This document shows positions 18,118 through 27,458 of a stretch of 64,000 nt of DNA, piece after piece. The DNA lies in NCBI GenBank assembly GCA_964480475.1, contig CAYZPW010000001.1, forward strand, positions 16,262 to 80,261, written 5' to 3'. How positions within the stretch are numbered: the first letter of the stretch is position 1; every line of letters starts with the position of its first letter. The DNA comes from an uncultured bacterium. GTDB lineage: Bacteria; B130-G9. Under the pieces are notes generated by a model that saw only the letters and a list, made by a program, of their open reading frames with translations, did no database searches and was not told where the DNA came from. The position numbers and the translations under genes were made by a program.

Positions 18118-18636
18118 CTACAACGTTATCGAGGACCTGGACTCCTGCACGCCAGCTCTTAACCGACCATTCGCGGCATAGGTTGACGGCGGCTTGTCGT
18201 CCTGCGTGATCGTTCTGACCATGTGGTCAACGTCTTCCATGGATTTTCTTAGCAGCTCCTGGGTCCTCAGACCGGATTCGCCGGCGCTATTGGCCGCAAG
18301 CCTGTGCTCTTCGAGCCGCCGAGATAGGATACACGCCCTCTCGTCGTCATTTGTGAGAAGGAAGCCCGGCAGCTGATTCAGGGTGACGCTGTCGCGATCG
18401 ATTCCCGCGGCGCTGCAAGCTGCCGTCATCGCCCGGTCCGTCTTTTGTGAGGCGGCCGAAAGTTCGTTCTGGAGCCCGCGCTTCTTCTTAACCAAACGCC
18501 GCTGCGCATCCACGTCGCCGTTGATCACGAGCTCACGCTCGGCTGTGAAAAGCTCCGCAAGGTTGTTCAAGATTGCGGTCTGGGCCTCAATCGACTCGGC
18601 CAGTTCGTCAAAAAAGGGGTAGATGGAGGGTAGCAC
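18118..18636 (-). CDS. flgN: FlgN-like flagellar export chaperone
   Basis: 172-aa helical protein located between flgM and flgK. Assignment rests on position and size; similarity is weak. Confidence 0.45.
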   Translation of the reverse strand: MLPSIYPFFDELAESIEAQTAILNNLAELFTAERELVINGDVDAQRRLVKKKRGLQNELSAASQKTDRAMTAACSAAGIDRDSVTLNQLPGFLLTNDDERACILSRRLEEHRLAANSAGESGLRTQELLRKSMEDVDHMVRTITQDDKPPSTYAANGRLRAGVQESRSSITL

Positions 18637-18747
18637 TTTGTCTGCTCCTTTCGTCCGTAGGTTTGAGACTTCAGTTGGGCTTCGGGACGTTAGGAACCGG
18701 CTTTTTGTGCTAAACCGCCGATGAGAACGCTAGCGCTGAGCCTGAAA

Positions 18748-19074
18748 TCAGACCTTGATGCTGATACTGCTCAGCATCTTCTCGGCAATCTTCTCGGCGT
18801 CGGGGTTGTACTGACCGCTCTCGATCAGCTTGGAAAGCCTATCAACCTTCTCCTGGCGAACGTCTGGCAGCTTGTCAAGGGCGCTTTGAGCCAGTGCGCG
18901 GAGCTTGGCCTCACCAGAGATAGAGACCTTGTCCGACACATCTTCTCGCACTCGCGCTGAGACATCCTGCGCCTTGTCAACCTTACCTGCCTTCTCAACT
19001 TCCGCCTGTTTCTGGGTGTCAACTTTCCGATAAGAATCTACTGCCTGGCTTGGTGCGTTGCCTTCAATCTTCAT
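18748..19074 (-). CDS. flgM: anti-sigma-28 factor FlgM
   Basis: About 108 aa. Conserved C-terminus (KVDRLSKLIESGQYNPDAEKIAEKML). AGGAGG RBS. Confidence 0.7.
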   Translation of the reverse strand: MKIEGNAPSQAVDSYRKVDTQKQAEVEKAGKVDKAQDVSARVREDVSDKVSISGEAKLRALAQSALDKLPDVRQEKVDRLSKLIESGQYNPDAEKIAEKMLSSISIKV

Positions 19075-19131
19075 CTTAAATCCAACCTCCTGCACTTATC
19101 CGGTGCCACCACATCCATACTACCTGCGGCC

Positions 19132-19608
19132 TCATCGGTAAGTCAAGCCAGCATCTTTAGCAGATTCTTCACCCGTCCCATTAGCCGATTCCATCTCTCC
19201 GTTGTCCGACTGCTCCTCCATTGAGTTGATTAAACTTTGAAAAATCATATCTGAAAGGCCTATGCCGCCACCCTCACAGGCGGCCTTGGCCACCTCGTCA
19301 TCAAACATCGACATATATATCCTCTTCGCTGGGGTCTCGGGCATGAGCGACGACTTCTGCACCGTCTTTCTCATCTGCTTCAGAAGGTAGCCCAAAAAGA
19401 TCGCCTCGAACTTCTGACAGGCGTCGCGAAGCTCCTCGCGCTGGCTCGCATCCATCTTGTGAGCATGCCCCTTTGAGGCGTCAACTTTCGCCTTTGCCTG
19501 CTCCGCTTGCTGCATCAGTCGCTGCCAGCTTGCGTCCGATGCAAGCCTATTGAAGTTGATTGAACCGCCACTGAGAAGGTCGCTTGGCATTCTAAGTAAT
19601 CCCTTCAC
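19132..19608 (-). CDS. flgJ: flagellar rod-binding protein (FlgJ N-terminal domain type)
   Basis: CQKFEAIFLGYLLKQMRKT matches the rod-binding domain. No muramidase domain is present. Confidence 0.55.
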   Translation of the reverse strand: MKGLLRMPSDLLSGGSINFNRLASDASWQRLMQQAEQAKAKVDASKGHAHKMDASQREELRDACQKFEAIFLGYLLKQMRKTVQKSSLMPETPAKRIYMSMFDDEVAKAACEGGGIGLSDMIFQSLINSMEEQSDNGEMESANGTGEESAKDAGLTYR

Positions 19609-19629
19609 AACTCCGTATAGATACGCTCA

Positions 19630-20772
19630 TCAGATTATCTTGAGCTCCGCCCGCAATGCCCCGGCGGATTTGATCGCCTGAAGTATCGCTATGAGGTCCC
19701 TCGGCGAAACACCGATCGCGTTCAGGCCCGTTACGACGTCCTTGATCGTTACCGCTTGTTCCACCAAGAGCAGCCGCTGCTCCTCCTCGCTCACCTGGAT
19801 CGTTGTATCTGGTGTAACCGCCGTTTGGCCGCCCGACTCCGGATACGGCTGGCTCACGTCGAGTTCCGTCTTGATGACAACGCTGAGGCTCCCGTGCGCA
19901 ACCGCAACTGTGTCAACTTGAACGTCGCGGCCAATGACAATCGTGCCCGTTCGCTCATCAATCACTACGCGGGCGGTCGTGTCGGGCAGGACCTCGATGG
20001 CCTCCAGCCGTGATATGAACTCTACTATCTTCGCCCGCCGCTCGACAGGGACCGAGACCTCAACCGACCCCGCGTCCACCGTCCTGGCCAAATCGCCCAA
20101 CTTACTATTTATCGCCTCGGCGACCCTGGCAGCGGTCGTGAAGTCCTCCTCGCTCAACTTGATCGTCAAGCTGCTTCTGGAATTGACATTCGTCTCCAGG
20201 TTACGCTCAACGGTCGCGCCGTTCGGCACCTTGCCGACCGTGGGGTGGTTTTTCTGCGCCTTGGCGCCCGCGCCCGATGCCAGAAAGCCGCCAATTGAAA
20301 CGGGCCCCTGCGCCACCGCGTATATCTTGCCGTCTGGGCCCCGAAGCGGCGTCATGACCAGCGTCCCGCCCTGAAGGCTCGAGGCGTCCCCGAGCGATGA
20401 GACCGTCACGTCGAGCCTTGAGCCCGACTTCGCAAACGCCGGGAGACTCGTCGTTACGATCACGGCCGCGACGTTGCCGACCTTTATTTTCTGCGCGTCG
20501 GCCCGAATCCCGAGCCGGTCGAGCATATTGGCAAGGCTCTGCATCGTAAACTTCGTGCCGGATGCGTCGCCCGTGCCGTTGAGGCCTATGACGAGACCGT
20601 AGCCGATGAGCTGCTGCGTCCTGATCCCGTGTATCGACGCGATATCCTTCAGCCTCACCAGGCCCCCGCAGTCCCCGGACGCGCTGGCGAAGAGGACCGC
20701 GACCGTGAGGACCGCGCCCAAAAGCCCTCGAAAACCCAACTTGAAACCTGGAACTTTGAACTTGGAACTCAT
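19630..20772 (-). CDS. flgI: flagellar P-ring protein FlgI
   Basis: Signal peptide, then RLKDIASIHGIRTQQLIGYGLVIGLNGTGD, typical of FlgI. Confidence 0.9.
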   Translation of the reverse strand: MSSKFKVPGFKLGFRGLLGAVLTVAVLFASASGDCGGLVRLKDIASIHGIRTQQLIGYGLVIGLNGTGDASGTKFTMQSLANMLDRLGIRADAQKIKVGNVAAVIVTTSLPAFAKSGSRLDVTVSSLGDASSLQGGTLVMTPLRGPDGKIYAVAQGPVSIGGFLASGAGAKAQKNHPTVGKVPNGATVERNLETNVNSRSSLTIKLSEEDFTTAARVAEAINSKLGDLARTVDAGSVEVSVPVERRAKIVEFISRLEAIEVLPDTTARVVIDERTGTIVIGRDVQVDTVAVAHGSLSVVIKTELDVSQPYPESGGQTAVTPDTTIQVSEEEQRLLLVEQAVTIKDVVTGLNAIGVSPRDLIAILQAIKSAGALRAELKII

Positions 20773-20796
20773 CTTATTGCTCTATCCTCTTCTAAT

Positions 20797-21564
20797 TCAG
20801 AACGGCCAAACCAGAGATATAATGCGGCCAGCCCAGCCCGCTCGCTGCTCCTCTGAGACTTGTCCCTTGCCGCCGTAGAGTATTCTTGCGTCAGCAATCT
20901 TCGTGGAGGCAATTGTGTTGTCGGCCTGAATATCGCGCCTACGGATGATGCCGCTCACGAATATGGTCTCTTTCTCGCTGTTGATCCTTATCTCTCGCTG
21001 ACCGAGTATGACGAGATTGCCGTTGGGGAGCACCCTAACGACCCTTGCGCTGACCGTCGTGATGATCTTTCCTGAGCGAGCCGTCTTTCCGTCCCCGCTG
21101 AACGTCTTGTCGAGGTTCGCGGACAACAGGCTTGATGCGTCAGCACCTTCCGGGAACCTGAACCTACTGACCAAGGCTGCCTCGTGCCCAAAAAAAGTCG
21201 GGATGCCGGCCTTGATCTCGGATTTCTTGGCACCCGATGTCGAGGCGCTGTTCTCTGCCGTGGTGCTCTCGACTATCAGGATTGTTATGATGTCGTTCAC
21301 GCCCCTTGCCCTCGAATCGCTGTAAAGGACGCCAAACGGGAGCTGATCGTTCCAGAGCGAATCGGGCGCGAAGCCATCCCGCTCCGCTGGCTGCGCAGCC
21401 GGCAGCGCCGGGAAGTTCTGCGGCGGCATCGGCTCCGAAAAGGCCGAGTGCCGTTTGGTGAACGAACAGCCGGCGTAAAGGAACAACAGGGCCGAAATGC
21501 CCAGTAGAATGCCGATGATCTTAAGAGTAAGTCCTTTCAATTGCTCCCTCGCTTTCATTTGCAA
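20797..21564 (-). CDS. flgH: flagellar L-ring lipoprotein FlgH
   Basis: Lipobox LYAGCS. FlgH-like motif SLWNDQ, then ITILIVESTTAENS...VRVLPNGNLVILGQREIRIN. Confidence 0.85.
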   Translation of the reverse strand: MQMKAREQLKGLTLKIIGILLGISALLFLYAGCSFTKRHSAFSEPMPPQNFPALPAAQPAERDGFAPDSLWNDQLPFGVLYSDSRARGVNDIITILIVESTTAENSASTSGAKKSEIKAGIPTFFGHEAALVSRFRFPEGADASSLLSANLDKTFSGDGKTARSGKIITTVSARVVRVLPNGNLVILGQREIRINSEKETIFVSGIIRRRDIQADNTIASTKIADARILYGGKGQVSEEQRAGWAGRIISLVWPF

Positions 21565-21570
21565 TCGCGA

Positions 21571-22296
21571 TTATCGAGAAGCGCCCACGAGGACCAGCAC
21601 CGTGCCGTCCTGCTGCACAACCCCATAAACCGTTTTCTTTGAAGCGGTATTCTGAACTGGAATCACGTCGCCTGTCCGGCCGTCCTTGAGCGCCACTCCC
21701 AGCGCGGTGACGCGAAGCGATTTGATCCGCGCCTCAAGCCGGACCACGGTTCTCTTCTTCACTTTCGGCGGCTCAACTAACATATCCGTGGTGAGCATCT
21801 TGCCTTTGGGCAGCCCACGTTTTAACATCTTGCCGACCGCGAGATTGACGTCAGTTACGGGACGCTTCGAGGAATTGCCCCCAATCTCCCGCTCCCTAAC
21901 TAGCACGTCGCCTGGTCCAATCACGGAACCAGTTCTCATTGTCTGAGCCGCGCACACGACGGTCGTTCGCGCCGAGACATTCGCCGTCACCCAGTATTTC
22001 TTCTTCACTCCATCGTCCCCAAAGGCCGTTACAGCGAACGACAGCCGACCCAGCTCTCTGGCCGAGTTCTGCTGATGGATTTGCAGGCGGCATTTTTCGC
22101 CGGGCACGCTTATCTCGGGGACGCGGACGAACTCAATGGTAACCTCATCCCTTTCAAGATTGCTGTTGCTCAGAATCTTCTCGCGGACAATCGACTCGAT
22201 CCTACTTTGGGACACAACAGCCGCCTGGGCCGTGGCGACGAGCAGCAAGGCAATACATAAAGGCAAGGTATAATCGGTCAGCTTCAATCTGAACAT
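21571..22296 (-). CDS. flgA: flagellar P-ring assembly chaperone FlgA
   Basis: Signal peptide plus an SAF/FlgA C-terminal domain (GDVIPVQNTASKKTVYGVV). Confidence 0.75.
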   Translation of the reverse strand: MFRLKLTDYTLPLCIALLLVATAQAAVVSQSRIESIVREKILSNSNLERDEVTIEFVRVPEISVPGEKCRLQIHQQNSARELGRLSFAVTAFGDDGVKKKYWVTANVSARTTVVCAAQTMRTGSVIGPGDVLVREREIGGNSSKRPVTDVNLAVGKMLKRGLPKGKMLTTDMLVEPPKVKKRTVVRLEARIKSLRVTALGVALKDGRTGDVIPVQNTASKKTVYGVVQQDGTVLVLVGASR

Positions 22297-22307
22297 CCTG
22301 CCGCCTC

Positions 22308-23093
22308 CTATCGCTTCAGGTTGTTTGCCTGGCTCATCATCGAGTCCGCCGTCTGAATCGACTTGGCGTTGAGCTCGTATGCCCGCTGGGTCATGATCAT
22401 CTGAACCATCTCATCGACCACAGAGACGTTCGACATCTCCAGGAAGCCCTGGGCTATGTTGCCTCTGCCCTCCTCCCCGGGGCTTCCCGTTGTGGGGACC
22501 CCGGACGAATCCGTCTCCTGAAAGAGGTTCCTACCTACCGCCTTCAAGCCACCCGGATTTGAAAAAAGGGCCAGCTCCATCACGCCGACCTCCGACGGTG
22601 AGGTCTGCCCCGGCTGAAGCACCGAGACGGTGCCATCCGACTCAATCGAAATCGAAAGAGCGTCGGTCGGTATAACTATATCGGGCGAGAGTCTGTAGCC
22701 GTCCGGCGTTACTATTGAGCCAGCGCTGTCCAGCTGAAACGAGCCGGCCCGCGTGTAGGCCATATCGCCGGTCGGCAGCGTAACCTGGAAAAAGCCCTTA
22801 CCCTCAATGGCGACATCCAGCGGGGAGTTAGTGTTCTTGAGGCTCCCCATGCTGAACTCGCGCTGTGTCGAGACCGGCCTGACGCCGTGCCCCAACTGTA
22901 TCCCGCTGGGTACCTGCGAGCCTGCGATCGGGGCGCCGGGTGAGCGGAGCGTCTCATACATGAGGTCTTGAAACTCCGCTCGTGACTTCTTGAAACCGCT
23001 CGTATTGACGTTGGCAAGGTTGTTAGCAATCGTATCAATCGTCAGCTGCTGGGCCTGCATACCAGTTGCAGACGTCCACAGTGTTCTCATCAT
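22308..23093 (-). CDS. flgG: flagellar distal rod protein FlgG
   Basis: N-terminal [28 protein letters not shown] and C-terminal [21 protein letters not shown]. Confidence 0.9.
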   Translation of the reverse strand: MMRTLWTSATGMQAQQLTIDTIANNLANVNTSGFKKSRAEFQDLMYETLRSPGAPIAGSQVPSGIQLGHGVRPVSTQREFSMGSLKNTNSPLDVAIEGKGFFQVTLPTGDMAYTRAGSFQLDSAGSIVTPDGYRLSPDIVIPTDALSISIESDGTVSVLQPGQTSPSEVGVMELALFSNPGGLKAVGRNLFQETDSSGVPTTGSPGEEGRGNIAQGFLEMSNVSVVDEMVQMIMTQRAYELNAKSIQTADSMMSQANNLKR

Positions 23094-23146
23094 CTTATCC
23101 TCCGAGCATACCTATCAAACATTCACTTATTTTGACTATTGCTGTG

Positions 23147-23893
23147 TTATCTTAAGTCAGGTAGCGTTGTGATCATTTTGCCTACGGTATCGTCCAGAAT
23201 CGCGCGGATGCTCTTCTGGTGAGATTCATACCGCCTCATCCCTTCGATCATCGAGACCATCTCCTCGATGATGTTGGCGTTGGAAGATTCTAAAAACCCC
23301 TGGTGCACCTCCGCGTTTGGCGCGTCTTCTGGTGGGACCTCGTCCGTCCTCGTGACCCAAATGCTAGCGCCGGCCTTCTCGAGAACGGACTTGTCGTCAA
23401 ATGTGACTATCCGCAGGCTGCCGACCGAGTTTCCGTCCGCGAAGACATCCCCGTTCGTATCGATCCGTATCTCGGCGGCCTCTGGGACCGTGAGCTCGCC
23501 TTGCCCGGCCATGACGGGAAGGCCGTTTTGGTCCAAGAGTTCTCCGCCAGAGCCGATCCTGAAGTTGCCCGCCCTCGTGTAGCCTTGTTTGTCGCCGAAC
23601 TTGACGACGAAGAACCCGTCGCCCTGTATAGCGAGGTCCAGAGGATTGTCCGTCTGCCTGAGCGGACCCTGCGCAAAGTCGGTCGCGGTTCCACCAATCA
23701 GCACACACGACGGCGCAAGCGGATCGTAGGAGGTGGACGAATCGGGGGCTGCTTCCTTGGTCAGAATCCTAAAGAACGGCGTGTCCTTCTTGTAGCCGAC
23801 AGTGTTTATATTGGCGAGATTATTCGATCGTATCTCGTGCGCCCTCGCCTCGGTCAGAAGACCCGACGCCGCCGCGTAAAAGCCCTTAATCAT
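23147..23893 (-). CDS. flgF: flagellar proximal rod protein FlgF
   Basis: N-terminal AAASGLLTEARAHEIRSNNLANINTVGYKKD; conserved rod-protein C-terminus. Confidence 0.85.
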   Translation of the reverse strand: MIKGFYAAASGLLTEARAHEIRSNNLANINTVGYKKDTPFFRILTKEAAPDSSTSYDPLAPSCVLIGGTATDFAQGPLRQTDNPLDLAIQGDGFFVVKFGDKQGYTRAGNFRIGSGGELLDQNGLPVMAGQGELTVPEAAEIRIDTNGDVFADGNSVGSLRIVTFDDKSVLEKAGASIWVTRTDEVPPEDAPNAEVHQGFLESSNANIIEEMVSMIEGMRRYESHQKSIRAILDDTVGKMITTLPDLR

Positions 23894-23949
23894 CCCTGAA
23901 AAACGCTCCTTTCATCTGCGTTGCCTACATCCTGTCGCCGTGATCTCAA

Positions 23950-23964
23950 GCAGATCCCGTGCCA
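23950..23964 (-). promoter_or_regulatory. candidate sigma54 (-24/-12) promoter for the flgF operon
   Basis: Minus strand reads TGGCACgggatCTGCt, about 60 nt upstream of the flgF ATG. Rod and ring genes are sigma54-dependent in many lineages. Confidence 0.3.
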
Positions 23965-24288
23965 TTGCAATCAAAAACGTATCTCTGAAGGCCGCTCATC
24001 CACGTCCCAAACGCAATTGTCAGACGTTGAGCACGACGCCCAAGGCGCTTCGGCAGGCGAGGGGTCTTGGTCAAGCAGCTATCATTTCGGCAGGTTTTTC
24101 CCCCTTGACGGAGGCAAGAAAGCTCAAGAACTTCTGGTTGATAACGCCTTCAACGCTGGGATATAGTCATCCTTAGCCTTGTTTTTCTTGTGGGCCTTGC
24201 GATCGGAAATAATTTCCCCCAAAGGGCCGGGACCGCTTGCTGATACGTTGCATAGCCCGAATACGTTCGAGTCTGGTGGAGGGTCTGG

Positions 24289-25632
24289 ATGGCACAGATA
24301 TTCCCGTTTAGGGGCTATCGATACAACGTTGAAAGGGTGAAGAGCCTCGATAAGGTAATAAGCGACCCTTACGACAAGATTGGCGACGAGCTACAGGAGT
24401 TCTATTACGAGAGAAGCCCACACAACATCGTCAGGATCATCAAGGGCAAGACCTATCCGAACGACACGGAGGCCAACGACCAATACACGCGGGCGGCGGG
24501 TTTCCTCAATTCATGGATAAGCGAGGGGATACTCAACCGGGACCAGACGCCCTGCATATATGTCTGTGATCAGGAATACATTGTCCCGGGCGTAGGGGGC
24601 GCCAGAACAAGGAAGGGATTCATTGCGCTTCTGCGGTTGATGTCCTACGAGGAGGGAGGCGTCAAGCCCCACGAGCGGACGCTTGCAGGCCCCAAGGCCG
24701 ACAGATTGAACCTGATGCGGGCCACCCAGGCACAGTTCGGTCAGGTATTCATGCTCTACCCAGACCCCGAGAACCTGGTGAATAACCTCCTGGACGAGGC
24801 GCGCTCCTTGCGCCTGCCACTAGTGGGGAGGGACCGCTTTGGCGATCTACACAAAATGTGGCCTGTCAGCGAGCCCAGGATCATAGGCGACCTGCAAAAG
24901 CTGATGCTGGGAAAGCAGGTATTCATAGCCGACGGGCACCACCGTTACGAGACCGCGCTAGCCTTCCGGGACGAGATGCGCGGCAAGGTTCCGCCAACCG
25001 ACGAGCTCGAGACGATAGAAAACCGCATGATCACGTTTGTCAGTTTTGACGATCCGGGCCTTCTAGTTCTGCCGACCCACAGACTGATAAGGCACGTGAA
25101 GGATTTCGATCCCGAGGCTCTTGTTGGGAGGCTTGGGGAACTCTTCGAGTTGGAGATGCTGCCGTTCTCGGACGAGGGGTCCCGGGAGACCGCGCGGGGC
25201 AAGATGATGGCCCGCTTGGATTCCGCCTCGGAGAACGAATACGTATTCGGCATGGTGCTGGCCGGGCAGAGTCAGTTCATTCTGGCGAGGCTCAGGGACG
25301 AGGCGATTCTCGACACGATGATGACAGGCGTGGGATACGAGGACTTCAAGCGGCTCGACGTGGTGATTCTCCACGTGCTTATCCTTGAGAATATCCTTGG
25401 GATAACGAAGGAAGACCTGGCCCACGAACGTAACGTCGAATACTTGCGCGACGCGGGCCCCGGCATTGATTCTGTGCTCAAGGGCGACGCTCAGGCGCTT
25501 TTTGTCTTGAATCCTACGAAGACCTGGCAGGTTCGCAACGTGGCTTCTGCCGGGGTCCGGATGCCTCAGAAATCTACTGACTTTTATCCTAAGCTCGTTA
25601 CGGGCCTTGTGCTTAACAAGCTTGGACTATGA
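24289..25632 (+). CDS. DUF1015-family protein
   Basis: 447 aa. N-terminal MAQIFPFRGYRYN and overall layout resemble DUF1015. Divergent from flgF. Confidence 0.5.
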   Translation: MAQIFPFRGYRYNVERVKSLDKVISDPYDKIGDELQEFYYERSPHNIVRIIKGKTYPNDTEANDQYTRAAGFLNSWISEGILNRDQTPCIYVCDQEYIVPGVGGARTRKGFIALLRLMSYEEGGVKPHERTLAGPKADRLNLMRATQAQFGQVFMLYPDPENLVNNLLDEARSLRLPLVGRDRFGDLHKMWPVSEPRIIGDLQKLMLGKQVFIADGHHRYETALAFRDEMRGKVPPTDELETIENRMITFVSFDDPGLLVLPTHRLIRHVKDFDPEALVGRLGELFELEMLPFSDEGSRETARGKMMARLDSASENEYVFGMVLAGQSQFILARLRDEAILDTMMTGVGYEDFKRLDVVILHVLILENILGITKEDLAHERNVEYLRDAGPGIDSVLKGDAQALFVLNPTKTWQVRNVASAGVRMPQKSTDFYPKLVTGLVLNKLGL

Positions 25633-25672
25633 TCCTAAATGAAGTTGTGAAGGATTAACTCTGGGTGATGCC

Positions 25673-25915
25673 ATGATGACGTTTTTCAAGCTGCTCGGGA
25701 TTGTGGTAGCCGCGGTTCTGGGAGTTTTGGTCTTTTGGTTCGTGATCTTGCCGATTGTCGTGTTCTGTTTCGGTCTCTGTTTTTCAGTGCTTTGGGGGAT
25801 TGCCAGCGTTTTGGCGTTTCTGGCAAAGATAGCGATATTCGTGGGGCTTCTGGCGTTTATTTGCTTGCTTCTCTTGCGAGTAGCTGCCTGGGGGCTTGAG
25901 CTGATTCTTTATTGA
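25673..25915 (+). CDS. small hydrophobic membrane protein (three transmembrane segments)
   Basis: 80 aa, almost entirely hydrophobic. No RBS verified. Confidence 0.3.
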   Translation: MMTFFKLLGIVVAAVLGVLVFWFVILPIVVFCFGLCFSVLWGIASVLAFLAKIAIFVGLLAFICLLLLRVAAWGLELILY

Positions 25916-25928
25916 GGGCGCTTGCTTC

Positions 25929-26993
25929 ATGGAAGCTGCATTGGTTGTCGAAGGCGACGTTGACATAAGGACCGGCGACATCGATGGCGCAGGCGATGTC
26001 ATGGTCAAGGGCGACGTTCGGTCAGGCCAAGTCGTCACGGCAAAAGGCTCGGTCAGCGTCTCGGGAGTTGTTGAGGTCAGCACGATCAGCGCCGGGGGCG
26101 ACGTTTCTGTGCTGTGTGGAATAGCTGGCAGAGGCAAGGGCAGGATTTGCGCAAAGGGCAAGATAACCGTTGGCTATGCGAACCAGGCTACGCTTGAGGC
26201 CGCCGCTGGCCTGGTTATCGGCTCATCAGCTATGAATAGCACGTTATTGACCGATGGCGATGTTCTTATTGAAGGTGATGGCGTTCTTGTGGGAGGCGTC
26301 GTGATGGCGGGCGGCAACCTCACGGCGAGGCGCGTTGGCCATAAGGGCGCAGACCTTTTGGACAAGAGCAAGGGCATGGCCACGCACGTGATTGAGAAGA
26401 CGGTTATTATGCTCGGCCTTCCGCCGCCGGTCCGCAAGGACCATCTTGAGGCGCGGTCCCGGTTGCCGCTGGCCGAGAAGTTAGGACGCTCGTCCGCGAA
26501 GAATGTCCAATACCTCATCTCGCGCGGAGTGCCGGGAATGGACAATGCGATGGCCGAGCGAGCAGCGTTTCTGGCCAAGGCGCCCGTTTCCGAGGCTTTT
26601 CTCTTGGGCAAGGGCCCAGAAGCCGCGCTTGAGGCCAACCAAGAACTCCAAACCATCGTAGCCAGCATCGCGCTAGGGCTGCCGTCGCCGTCCAAACATT
26701 CCGAACCTCAGGACTCCGAAATCCAAAATCTCGCGCTCCACCTGTATCACTTATACGCTGCGAATAGGTTCGTGATCGAGCTTTGCCAGCAGGAGCAGGA
26801 CCGGTTGAGTTGCCCTGAGCTCAATTTGGGTGCTGCGTTCTGCGCTCAAGACACGGTTCACGAAGGCGTAGAGATAACGATAGGGTTTCAGGACTTCTTG
26901 GTCGAGGACGAGATGGCCGGGACGGTTTTCAGGCTCGCGGACGGCGAGATCGTGGCACAGCCATACAGCGCGGACACAGACGACGGGAGCTGA
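25929..26993 (+). CDS. beta-helical FapA/DUF342- or bactofilin-like protein
   Basis: N-terminal ~150 aa of G-x-V/I repeats (VEGDVDIRTGDIDGAGDVMVKGDVRSGQVV...). Helical C-terminal half. Confidence 0.4.
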   Translation: MEAALVVEGDVDIRTGDIDGAGDVMVKGDVRSGQVVTAKGSVSVSGVVEVSTISAGGDVSVLCGIAGRGKGRICAKGKITVGYANQATLEAAAGLVIGSSAMNSTLLTDGDVLIEGDGVLVGGVVMAGGNLTARRVGHKGADLLDKSKGMATHVIEKTVIMLGLPPPVRKDHLEARSRLPLAEKLGRSSAKNVQYLISRGVPGMDNAMAERAAFLAKAPVSEAFLLGKGPEAALEANQELQTIVASIALGLPSPSKHSEPQDSEIQNLALHLYHLYAANRFVIELCQQEQDRLSCPELNLGAAFCAQDTVHEGVEITIGFQDFLVEDEMAGTVFRLADGEIVAQPYSADTDDGS

Positions 26994-26995
26994 GA

Positions 26996-27391
26996 ATGAG
27001 CGAAGAGACCAAGAACGATTCGCCGCGCGGCGAACAGAAAAGGCACTTCTTTAGAGGGGAGGTGGCTCTGACTGTGCGAGCCGAGCTGTTCGCGCTTCCC
27101 GACGGCTCAGAACTCCCAACTGATAGGGAGATACCCATCGATATGATCAATGTAGGCGGCGGTGGAATGCTTCTTCTGGTGACGCGCCGGACCCCGACTA
27201 CTGAGCTCGTCTGCGACAGAGCACTGGTTGACCTGTCGATTCCGAGTTTTGGGTCGGTTCTCGTGATACGGCTGCTTTCCCGCGTCGTCAGGATAGAGAC
27301 GCCAACGCCGGACGAGCTCCGCCTTGCTCTTGAGTTTCTCCTCCTCTCTCCGAAAGAGGCCGACGCCATTGTGCGCATGGCCTCGCCCTGA
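26996..27391 (+). CDS. PilZ-domain protein (c-di-GMP receptor)
   Basis: RHFFR (RxxxR) followed by DMINVGGGGM (D/NxSxGG-type) motifs. The start ATGA overlaps the upstream stop. Confidence 0.6.
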   Translation: MSEETKNDSPRGEQKRHFFRGEVALTVRAELFALPDGSELPTDREIPIDMINVGGGGMLLLVTRRTPTTELVCDRALVDLSIPSFGSVLVIRLLSRVVRIETPTPDELRLALEFLLLSPKEADAIVRMASP

Positions 27392-27458
27392 ACCCCTTGT
27401 GGCGCCCGTCCATTTGAGTGAATCAAAAGGAGGTAAAACCATCACGAGGAAACGAGCG

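Noticed and set aside
18637-18747. Sigma28 or sigma54 promoter between flgM and flgN
   Set aside because: There is only a weak GCCGATGA-like string, with TAAA directly adjacent and therefore wrong spacing. Not supportable.
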